A stretch of 64,000 nt of DNA, from the NCBI GenBank assembly GCA_043228905.1, contig JBHGNT010000001.1:3968001-4032000 (forward strand), given 5' to 3'. Positions 48,625 through 59,314 of the stretch are shown here, in pieces (position 1 is the first letter of the stretch; each line of letters starts with the position of its first letter). Below the pieces are notes generated by a model. It made no database searches. It saw nothing but the letters and a program-made list of their open reading frames with translations, and had not been told where the DNA came from. Source of the DNA: Azolla caroliniana. Its lineage: Eukaryota; Plantae; Polypodiophyta. A program made the translations under genes and the position numbers.

Positions 48625-51600
48625 CTTCGGTTGGTTCCGGTGTGCCTCTGGGATGCCCCAGAAACAGTGAAGCACGACTTCCTACGCTCCATCACTCCCT
48701 AGTCCATGACCCCCGTGGTCCCACCTTTCTCCACGCACGCGCGTAACAACGCGACAACGCAAACTCCGCAAAGTGGAGAATCTCGGCCCAATCGTCCTGT
48801 TGATAACTCAGGAAACACCAGAGATATTGCTCTAGCGTTTGGTTTGTTCATTCCGCCTGCCCGTCGGTCTGAGGATGGTAGCCGAAGGAGAGGTTGCAGG
48901 AGACCTTGAGCATCTTGTAGAGATGCTGCCAAAATTTGGAGACAAATTGCGGGCCTCGGTCACTGATAATACTGTCTGGGAGGCCATGATGCCGAAATAC
49001 CTCACGCATAACAAGAGCAGCGGTTTCCTTGCTAGTGATGGCTTTAGTACACGGCACAAAATGTGCCATCTTCGTATATCGATCAACAACGGTTAGGATA
49101 GCATCGAACCCCTTCAAGACCGGCAGATCTGTGATAAAATCAAGACAAATAGACTACCACGGCTTACTTGGAATCGGTAAGGGTTCCAACAAGCCATATG
49201 GATGGTGTCGTGCCATCTTTGCTCGGCAGCAAGCATCACAGGTCCGAACGTAGTCGTCGACAAAACAGCGCATGTGGGGCCACCAAAAATATCGTTGCAC
49301 TAGCTCCAACGTCTTAGTACTACCAAAATGTCACGCCGTATGGGTGTCGTGACAATGTTGGACGATTTGAAGGCGACAGGAGCAATCGGGGACATATACA
49401 CGCTTTTTAAAGAATAACAAACCATCATGATATTCAAATTGTCGGTAGTCAATACCTGGTTGTTGAGACTGAGAACAGGATGCCCGAGAAGTATCAATGT
49501 GCGCCAGGATGTCTTGAGCAAAACTATCCGTCTTCAAGGTTGCACGTATGTCATCGGTAATCCGTGAATCCATCGGGGTGTGAAAAATCCGCGTCGTGTG
49601 CAATCGTGTTGGTCCCAAGATTACTTGCTTTTGATTATCAAATGTTGCGTCACCAGGACAAGGTGCAAGATATGAACGTTGTGATAGTGCATTTGCTTTT
49701 CCTTGCTGCTTCCCCGGTCGATATGTGATTTTGAAGTCGAAACGCGTGAGGAATTGCGCCCACCGAGCTTGCCGTCGATTTAGTACGCGAGCGTTTTGAA
49801 AATAAGCAAGATTTTTATGATCACTAAAGACAATGACCTGATGTGGAGAGCCCTCTAAGAAATGCCGCCATTGTACAAATGAATCCACGATGGCTAATAA
49901 CTCCTTGTCATGTATTTCGTAGTTGATTTCTACGACATCGAATTTGCGCGAATGGAAAGCCACCGGATGCAACTCTTCTTTATCGCCTCGTTGAGAAAGG
50001 ATGCTACCGAGGGCGACATCTGATGCGTCGGCCTCCATGATGAATGGTTTGCTTGTATCCACATGAGCTAGAATCGGTGCTGATGTAAAGGCTTTCGTAA
50101 GATGCCGAAAAGCCATATATGCTTCTATGGACCAAAGAAATGCTTGGCCCTTCTTCGTAAGTTGTGTGAGAGGTAAAATAATCTTCGAGTAATCTTGTAT
50201 AAACTTACGGTAGAAGTTAGCAAAACCTAGAAAACATTGTACATCTCGTACCGACCGTGGAATTTGCCACTCTAGTACAGTTTGGATTTTAGCTAAATCC
50301 ATAGCGATGCCCTTTGAGGAGATGACGTAGCCTAGAAATTCCACTTGCTTGCAGTCAAAGTTACATTTTTCTAGCTTGGCATAAAGACCATTCTCGCGGA
50401 GTCGCTTTAGTACTAATAGTACATGAGAATCGTGCTCTTCCTGGGTCTTCGAATAAATCAATAGATCATCCAAATAAATGATCAAACAGATATCCAAGAG
50501 GTCTTTGAATATATCATTTGCCATGTGTTGGAAGACTGCGGGTGCATTGGTTAGGCCAAACGGCATAACAGTATACTCGAAATGCCCATACCGCGTGCGA
50601 AAGGCGGTCTTCCACTCATCTCCCGGTCGGATCCGCACGAGGTTATACGCTCCTCGTAGGTCGATTTTAGTAAAAAACTTGGCACCATTAACTCGCTCTA
50701 AAAGACTTGATATAAGAGGAAGTGCATACCTATTCCGGATGGTGACTTTATTCAATCCGCGGTAATCAACGACAAGAGGAAGTGAGCCATCTTTCTTCTT
50801 GACAAAGAAGATGGGTGCACCGGCCGGAGATTTTGAATGGTGGATGAACCCGCTTGCCAAGTTCTCTTCTATGTAGGCTCGAAGGACTTCTAACTCGGTG
50901 GGTGACAAGTTGTAAATTGGTCCCCATGGTGGCTCAGTTCCTGGTTGTAAATCGATGGGACAGTCATAGGGACGGTGATGAGGAAGGGTACCGGCTTTTA
51001 CCTTGTCAAATACATCGGCATAAGGATGATATTTTGCTGGAAGTTGTACTGAGGAGTCCTTCTTAATAGTGCTGGAAGGATGTACTGATATTGCAAATAG
51101 GAACATTGCCTCCTTGGGTCCTTCTTCACGTAGTTGATGGAGTGAAATGGTCGAAACTTGGTGAGTTGATTCTTGGGGTGGGCGATATCGGACTTCTCTT
51201 GTTCTCCAATCTATGGCTGGATTATGTAATTCAAACCAAGGTAATCCTAGGACAATGGGATGCTCTGGACTACTAATTATATTAAATGATATTACACACA
51301 CAAAACTACCTAGGACAACTTGAATGGGTTTTGATTCTTCTACAATATTCCCGGAAGCAATGGGACGACCATCAATGACTACTACATATGCGGGACAAGG
51401 AAGTTTTCTTAAGGATATCTGAGAAGCTTGGGCAAAATTTCGATCCATGAAACAGGAATTAGCTCCGGAATCTAAAAGTGCTAGGACGGGTATTGGGGGA
51501 GTACTTTTAGTACTAACAATGAGTTGGGCTAGGAACACATTGCTAACTTGCTTGGAAGGAATGGAACCACTAATGGGTTGTACAGATCTAAGGTTGTTGT

Positions 51601-51634
51601 CCAACCAAACGGCTCCTATTTTGGCTGGACTCAA
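47250..51634 (-). pseudogene. Gypsy pol: protease, RT, RNase H, integrase, chromodomain
   Basis: ALLDSGA; MPFGLTNAP, YLDD; DAS, ELLAIV, DHKNL; zinc finger H..H..CDAC; SDRGPQF, HPQTDGQAE; GPF motif; chromodomain EYEVAAILDS..YYLVD*LGY..TWEP. In-frame stops at 49331, ~49153 and 47393; interrupted by a solo LTR. Lower boundary approximate. Confidence 0.93.
47948..48756. mobile_element. 809-bp solo LTR nested in the Gypsy integrase
   Basis: TGTCGTG..CGCGACA inverted termini; 4-bp TSD ACGY (47944-47947, 48757-48760). Removal restores integrase AEFAYNNAIHSST. Internal (TA)n and (CT)n tracts. Confidence 0.88.
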
Positions 51635-52790
51635 TTGTTTAACTCTTCATCTAATTGACTAAGGATTTCAAATTTATTTGAGATACTTGGGCTATTAGTA
51701 CTATGAATACTATCAAACACTCTATTAGTACCATTAATACTATCAGACACTCCTAAGGGAAGAATTGACTCGGGTTTAGTACAGGCTACAATTTGATTTA
51801 CCTGTCTTCTTGGCCTATGGGGACAATTGATTGCGATATGCCCTAGTCCACCGCAATAAAGACATAATCGATTTGCACGTCGTCGTTGCTTCTCTTCTTC
51901 CGATAACGGGCCGCGTCGACGCATGGTATCGATCTCCATCGGTGTCGAAGTATTTGCTTGAGGTATGTCTCGTGCAAACGGTCTAGCCGCGACTGCGGCG
52001 TAAGTGGGCTCCGGCTTAGCGCGTGGTATCTGTAATTGACGTTCCGAACGCCGTTCGAAGAGGCGGTTGTCACATCAGACCGCTCGACTGATTGCCTCCG
52101 TAAGAGACTTTGGTTCTTCGGGGAAGGTTAGAAGTAGATCTTTGACATCATTTCGCAGGCCATAGCGAAACTGCTCCATTAGTGCTTGATCATCCCAGGG
52201 TATGTCGGAAGCGAGTAGGCGGAAATCCGCCGCGTAGGCAGAGGTTGGACGATCGCCTTGACGCAATCGCCGGATCTTGTTGATCGTCGTCCTGATGCTG
52301 TCGGTGTCTCCAAAGCAGGCTTTGAACTCACTAATAAAATCTTCAAAGTTATTAAGCAAGGGCGATTTTTTTTCTAGAAGCGGAGCGAACCATGCTAAGG
52401 CTGAGCCGCTAAGCAACGTGCCTATTAAGCCGACTCGGGATGCATCAGTGGGGTATCGGGAAGGATGCATTTGGAGGACTAATCGTACCTGATTAAGGAA
52501 TCCCCTAAATTGCGATCGCGTTCCATCAAATTTCACAGGAAGTCCAATCTTCGGCTCTTTATGAAATCCTTGGGGACTTGATCCTTGTTGTTGCAATGCC
52601 ACTTCGAGTTGTTGCACCTGTAACGCTAACTCCCCATGTTGTTGCTGCGTTTGTTGCTTTTCTAGAGCGATTTGTTGCAAATCCCCTATCAGCCGTTGGT
52701 TTTCTTGTTCCAGGGCAACAAACTTTTCTTTTAGGCACTATAACTCGGAGAAAACGGATTGATATTCTTGAGCGCTAACAGTAGCCATAG
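51631..52790 (-). pseudogene. Gypsy gag with C-terminal CCHC knuckle
   Basis: EPKIGLPVKFDGTRSQFRGFLNQ..ALAWF..LRQG..FRYGL; PMEID; [14 protein letters not shown]. In-frame TGA at 52075. Start approximate. Confidence 0.88.
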
Positions 52791-53099
52791 TAGAGGGAAA
52801 AGGGTAGGAGGATGAGGGAGAACGACAAGTAGGCTGGAGGAAAGAGGACCAAAATTGGTTCAAACTGTCAGGAATAGTACTAAAGCAGAGATGGAATTAG
52901 TACTAAGAAGAGTAGTACTATTAGTACTAAGAGGATGGGACTGCGTAAGATTCCCGAGAGAGAGGAAGTGAGAAGAGGAGAGAGAGAGATAGGATGATGA
53001 CAACAGCTCTTATATTATATGAAAGATAAGTACAAATCGGCTAAGAGGCTTAAGATTGGTGTTGAACCAATTTGGTTCAAAACAATGTCTTGTGCCTCC

Positions 53100-53150
53100 T
53101 TTTATAGTGTTTTTAGGAATAATCCTGAAGCTTCTAGAATGTTCCAGAGA
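53100..53150 (-). promoter_or_regulatory. LTR promoter: TATA box plus perfect heat-shock element
   Basis: TATAAAA on - at 53106-53100; GAAgcTTCtaGAAtgTTCcaGAg at 53127-53149. Identical copy at 47048-47097. Confidence 0.75.
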
Positions 53151-53220
53151 GATCTGGAATATACATCAATTTTCTATGATAAAGCATAAATGAAAATAAT
53201 ATCCTACAAATTACAATTCA

Positions 53221-53273
53221 TAGTCTAATGGTAAGAGCTTGACCCATGTAGCATAAGGTCATGGGTTCGAGTC
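53221..53273 (+). promoter_or_regulatory. tRNA-like Pol III A-box/B-box module at the U3 edge of the LTR
   Basis: TAGTCTAATGG (53221-53231) and GGTTCGAGTC (53264-53273) at tRNA spacing. Copy at 47169-47221. Confidence 0.6.
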
Positions 53274-55199
53274 TTGCCATATCATGATAGTAATAACTAC
53301 TTTAATTCTCTCCCTAGAGGCTAAGACCTTAGAACTTGAAACCTTGAATAAACGATATATTACAATCCAATATAAAGATTTAACCCTTTACAATGAGTGG
53401 CAAGATAATGCATTGTATCGACAAATGCTGCTTTGGAAAACATATGGGAGACAAATACCCCAACACCACCAACAACAACAAGAGGTCAATGGAAGCAATG
53501 ATGATGTGTGTGGCAGCAAAAGTAAGGCATTACAAGGCCAAGCACTTTGTGATGGGGTTGCGAATGGGTATAAGATGGGGACAACAATAACAATAAGAGG
53601 AATATAATGCATACCAATTTCATCCAATTTCAAGCAAACAAGTGAGTGAGTGAATGATAATCCAATACAGATAATATAATCTCCTTCATTTTAATAGTGG
53701 GAGTATAACTCTTCGGGCCCTTTTTTAGGCGTATTCAACTTAGTAGTATGGAAAACATTGAAGTAAATTTATTTGGCACAATAGAAAATTGTTCCAAAAA
53801 AAAACTTATTTACACATAGGTGGCCACCCAAGTCACTATCATATAAAAACAAGGTTCATGGCCAGTGGGCATGTGCCCTAATATCTCCATGATGTTTTGT
53901 TTGGAGGTAAAGGTATTCAACCATCTTTCATTATCATGACAAAAAAAAGTTTCAAAATTTCCCGTAACCAGCCTATATCTACCACTTACATTTCTAAAGT
54001 CGTATTGGTGCTCAATTTGAGCAAGGCTTTAGTCAAATATCAAAAAAATTAAACATGCATAAAGCACTTTCAATATATCTTGTGGTGTGCATGTGCTCCT
54101 TTGTGCCACCCTTTTAGCACACCTTTTTAGTTAAGCCAACCCAAATGGGTTCCTTTGTATGAACTATAAATTGAGTAAGAAGTAAGAAGCTAACTAGGCT
54201 GGTTTTGATCTCTTGTGTGCATTTCACATTCTCTTATGTGATTGGAAAAGCATGAATATCTCGAGATAACCCTTTCAAATGGCATGCATGTTCATTTGTT
54301 TACTAGAGCATGTCATTGCCATCATCTTCATTGTTTATACTTTCCAAAGTTACTCGTTGCGGAGGCTATTCTACGCCATTTGGAAATCAATAGAATGCTT
54401 AAGAAAGCACAACACATAATATAATTATGTGTTTAAATCAATGCTCACGTCCATAGAATTCTAACCAACATTATATAAACGTGATCCATTGTATTTTGCA
54501 TGTAAAATGAAATCCTAGTCGCAAAATCTCTTGAATGCTTGTCTAGTCATTATATAAGTGCCAATAAACCTAAATTTTGATATTGCACCATATCTACATT
54601 AACAATATGAGCTAGGCCAAAAAGGGAAAAAATGCACACATATGAGTAATCCCAAAAATAATCAACATGGAAAGAGTGCTTTATTTTGTTAAGGTTAAAA
54701 AGTTGTGACGTGATTGCTTATTTAAAAAGCTAAATGGGTTGAAAACGTGCACAATTTACCATCTCATGCATCTATTTACAATTTCAAAACAATCAATAAT
54801 TCTTGGACAAATCTTGCACGTTTCTTATTTGTGCTCATATTTCATGAAATCAAACAATACCTTACAGATTGATTCCATATATGGTCATGTGACATGTGGC
54901 ATTGCAGTCATAATACTCGTCAACATTAGGGAGGAAAGGCATGTATCGGATGAAGTGTTTCCAATTTTGTCTCTTTAAAGCTTTTAGACTACTCGTATTA
55001 CTTGTGTGTATGTAAGGAAAATGTTAATGCATTTATAAATATTGTGTATAAGGAAAAAAGAAATGGAAAATTTTGTAGAAATTCATAACTAAAGGAGAAA
55101 CAAGCGGCATTCAATAAAAGAAATATGTCGATTCTTAAATTGCATACACAAAGTATTAGTTATGTGTAACTAGAAAACTTGAATCCTTAAGGAGTATGT

Positions 55200-55962
55200 A
55201 TAAGTAAAATACATGAGAAACAAAACATGTATCATTGCATATACTAAAATAAAGTTGGCTTCATGATTTGGATGGTGCAAATCAATAGTTCAAGATTTGT
55301 TACCTACTTCCATATGGACTACATCACTTATTTATCTTACACTAAATAGCTCACATGTAGGTAATGTCTAAAGTTGTGTATTGTATGTCATTTTAACTAA
55401 TGGAGTATATTCTTCTTTTGGAAAAAAAAATTAGTTCAAGATTTGTTTATGCATTAAGCAAACACATGAGAAACAAAACGTATACAAATCATCACTTATA
55501 CATATCTAAAGTTGACTTTAAGGTAGGGACGAGGCAAATTGATGGTTCAAGATTTGTGTATGCATAAAAAAACTTGACACCTTGATGCATATGTGTAAGG
55601 CAAACATCTGAAAAACAAAACGTATACGAGTCACCACAAATACATGCATATCTAAAGTTTGCTTCAAGTTTTTGATGGTGCAAACCAATGTTTCAAGAAT
55701 TGTGCATGCAAGAAAAAAGCTCGAAGCCATCAGGTGTGTGTGTGTGAACCAAAAGCTTGACAAACAAAACATATACAAACATACATACATATAGAAAGTT
55801 GACTTTAAGGTGGGGATGTTGCAAATCAAGATTTGTGCATGCAAAAATTAAATCTTGAAACCTTGACGTGTATACATAATAAATGAGAAACAAAACGTGT
55901 ACGTATCATTGCATATGTATACATATCTAAAGTGACTTTAAGAGTGGGATGGTGCAAACCAA
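55200..55962. repeat. Diverged ~130-150-bp tandem repeat, 5-6 copies
   Basis: Recurrent GAGAAACAAAACGT..CATATCTAAAGTTGACTTTAAG..GATGGTGCAAA..TCAAGATTTGTG. Confidence 0.8.
55302..55431 (+). mobile_element. 130-bp LINE 3' tail insertion
   Basis: 16-bp TSD TAGTTCAAGATTTGTT (55286-55301, 55432-55447); ends TAACTAATGGAG..TTTTGGAAAAAAAAA. Confidence 0.8.
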
Positions 55963-57870
55963 ATATTTGAGTTGTGTGCTAACTAATAAGAATAGGTGTT
56001 GGTGCAAGATAATTCTTTTGCGTGTTATTTTCATCTTTGAATTAGACGTGGTCATCCTCTCATTTTAACATTACTACACGCTTATGAATGCATGGAATGC
56101 GTTTTATGTGTTTAAAGATACCAACTCAAAAGGAGACAATATCATATCTCTATATTAAACTAAGATGTTATCTTTACTATATCCCATGATGTCAAAAAGA
56201 GAAACAAAAGAATCCAATCTTTTATCAAAAAGCAATAGTACATGTGATTAAATTCATGGTACGAAATCCTCGTCATAAGCTTAACAACAACTCTACACAT
56301 GGTGACATGTCCTGAGTCCCGACTCCTACCAAATAGGATACGTTTCACGATCCATAATGTGCATTGTAATGAGGTTCGATAGGACACAAAAAGGTAATTA
56401 GCTCTTTGAAATATCAAATATCAAAGTTCTTATGATTTATAAATACTACAACAATTAAAAATGCAAGCATGTGAAGTTTGAACCCACTTACACTAGATGC
56501 TACAAAAGCGTGTGGGCTTGATGATGTACATCATAGTACCTTAACTTTCTTACCCTAAAAAAAATTACCTTATAATAAATAATGAGTGCAAAAGTATGGT
56601 ATTTACCATATGTTTTTAGATGGTGTTTTTCATGCTCGAATGATGAGAATGTTCGCGAATGTGAATGCACGAATGATACATATGCTTCATACTATGATGT
56701 ACATCATATAATTTTAGAATTTCTTAAATTGTCAACAAGTAAAAGAGAAGTGGTAATGAATAAAAGAGCTATATTACACATATAACACATGAAAGGGGTT
56801 AGTTATATGCACTTGGCAATTTGCAAATCATTAATATTCATTGTGAAAAAGGAAACATGTGAATAGATCCATCGTGCAAGCACTTTATAGGACAATAAAG
56901 TCGTTACATGATTTGATCACCTTGAAAATATCGGTACGTTGAAATTTGGGTGCATGTCTTGATATTTCTTGATGTCCAAGAGGATAAACACATGCTAATG
57001 CCACATTTGGAATGCGATGGAATAGGTCCATGATAAATACCAAATCAAGTTTAAATATGATATTAGAGCAATAACCTACAAAAGTTTTAAAAAAAAAAAT
57101 CATAACAAGATGAAGGCGTACAAACAATTTTAAGATTAAAGTTTTACGCATCATATCAGAAGCGACTCGCATTTAAAATACTTGGGCTAGAAATGGATTG
57201 AAAAACATAATAAGTTGAACATAGAATTGAATACCATTCCAATATGCATTTCACGTTGTAGGGATGGCATAGTGATTGTGATAATGTTGTAGCAATGAAA
57301 TCCAAAATTCACATGCATAAGAAGAAGGCGAGGAGGTACACATGGAACACATGTGTTAAAATGAGTGATACATTGATATATTGTCGACCTATGGGCAGAG
57401 AGAAAAAGTGACGTATGGTGTGGTGTGTGTCCCTTATGTGTTTGGCTTTGATTGTATTGAAACCACTCGTCAATCAATCAATCAATCAACCACAATATAT
57501 CCTCAAGGGGGGGGGGGGGTGACAAATTGTCACGGGGATGTTAGCAATCGATTTCTCGAAGCCAGTAGTGATACACCAATATATATTGTTAGCATGTTGT
57601 GAGTGGATTCAAAGGCCAGATCATGAGCTGATGAACGATTGATTGCATTTACGAAACATGGAAGAAGGCGAAGACTATGGCAACAAACACGTGAAAGCGC
57701 ACCACACCGAGGGAGGCCATAAAATGTAGACCACAGTCCACACACAACATTCTTTACGCCGCTTCTCGCCCGGAAGTTGGTCTGAGAGGTGGCCGGGGTT
57801 TCACAGGGTTTTGTTGTCCGACGGACGGGAAATGGCGGGAACACGGACGGGCAGGACAGGCTGGCCAAGG

Positions 57871-57872
<2 letters not shown>

Positions 57873-57912
<40 letters not shown>

Positions 57913-58032
57913 CGGCCGGTATCCAACCGCTGCTGCCGTGTGGCGGCGTTGACCATGCTGACGTGGCGCCAGCATAGTGGGCAGAGAGAATCTTCGGAAT
58001 ATTCGTCGGAAGGGAAGAGAACGTCGCGCAAG

Positions 58033-58067
<35 letters not shown>
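57873..58067. repeat. Opposed (GA)n and (CT)n tracts in a GC-rich island upstream of SAC
   Basis: (GA)n ~57873-57908 and (CT)n ~58034-58067. Confidence 0.9.
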
Positions 58068-58070
<3 letters not shown>

Positions 58071-58480
58071 CTTCCTTCTTCTTACTGTTTGTGCTCGCTT
58101 GTTCTTATCCTTCTTCTTCCTTTTCCTCGGCTATCTCTGCGTTTCCTCTTCCTCTTCTCTCCCCTGCCGCTTGGTCATCTTCCCTAATCTCCTTCTCTTC
58201 AATTTACTAATCCATCTCTTCATCATTATTCACTATATATATACATATATTTGTATACATCTATACACATAATCCTCTCCCTTCTTCTCCGTCAATCCCT
58301 CGTTTCAACTTGATCCGATTCAGTTCAATTCATTCAAGATATCCCACGCAGAATTTGAAGCACAAGAACCCTGAAAAGCAGAAGAAGCACTAAGTCAAAT
58401 AAATTAAATCGAGTACAAATCCAAAAATAAGCATAAGAACCCAAATCACTGAAGAACAAAGACATAAGAGGAATTAAGAG

Positions 58481-59259
58481 ATGTCATTGCCTCGCATACA
58501 CTCGTTTCCATGGATCTTCTTCCCAGCCAAGAATGGGGACCAGTACTGTGTTCAGCGTAAGTTTCCTTGTGTGGAGAGCGATTCTGACCTCGAACCTGGC
58601 ACCTATTCCCTCCAGAAATTCTTTCTATATGAAATAGAGGCGGTAGGTACTCATCCATGTTCTAATTTTCATTTCGCCTTCACATTTTGGTTTTCTTGTT
58701 TTTTGCTGGTGAAAACCTTCAATTTTTTTATTGTACCGATTTTCGGTCTGAAATGTTGCGTTGTTTTAGGTAACCTTAGTTTTAACTCAGTGCTTTGCTT
58801 GCTGTTTCCCGAGTTTCCCTTTCACCCTAAGCTCATGAATTTATGATATTCTGGATAAAATGTCAGTGCATTTGTTTAACGAATGAACGCAAATTCAAAT
58901 CCTCTCTACGATTTTCTGCTAATCTGGGTGAAAAAGCCATTCAGTTTAATGAATGAGGTTAATCTGCCATAGGCTCATGTATGGTGAATGATATATGCGT
59001 ATATATTACTTCATCTCTACAATGTTTCAACACTTCATGAAATTAACAAAGGTGAATAAACACAGCCTATTTTACTGCATATCATATATAATATAAGGAA
59101 GTAAGTATATGAACTATGCTGAATGATATAAGTGTGCATGTATGTTTGTATGTGTGTGTGTGTGTGTAATGTTTTGACATTTGATCTAATCAACGAAGGT
59201 TACCCAAAAGCCGATTTTACTATTATAACGCAAATGATACTCGTAGATACATGCACGAA

Positions 59260-59314
<55 letters not shown>

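Larger units (their letters stand above)
46814..53289 (-). mobile_element. Complete chromoviral Ty3/Gypsy LTR retrotransposon (Tf1/sushi-type, Tcn1-like)
   Basis: Two 424-bp LTRs; 5-bp TSD GTAAT (46809-46813, 53290-53294); PPT AAGGGAGAGATAG adjoining the 3' LTR; gag-PR-RT-RH-INT-chromodomain order. Confidence 0.96.
52866..53289 (-). repeat. 5' LTR
   Basis: 424-bp copy of 46814-47237; outer terminus mutated (TGATA on +). Confidence 0.96.

Noticed and set aside
53214-53285. Functional tRNA gene in the LTR
   Set aside because: Acceptor and anticodon stems do not pair; kept only as an A/B-box module.
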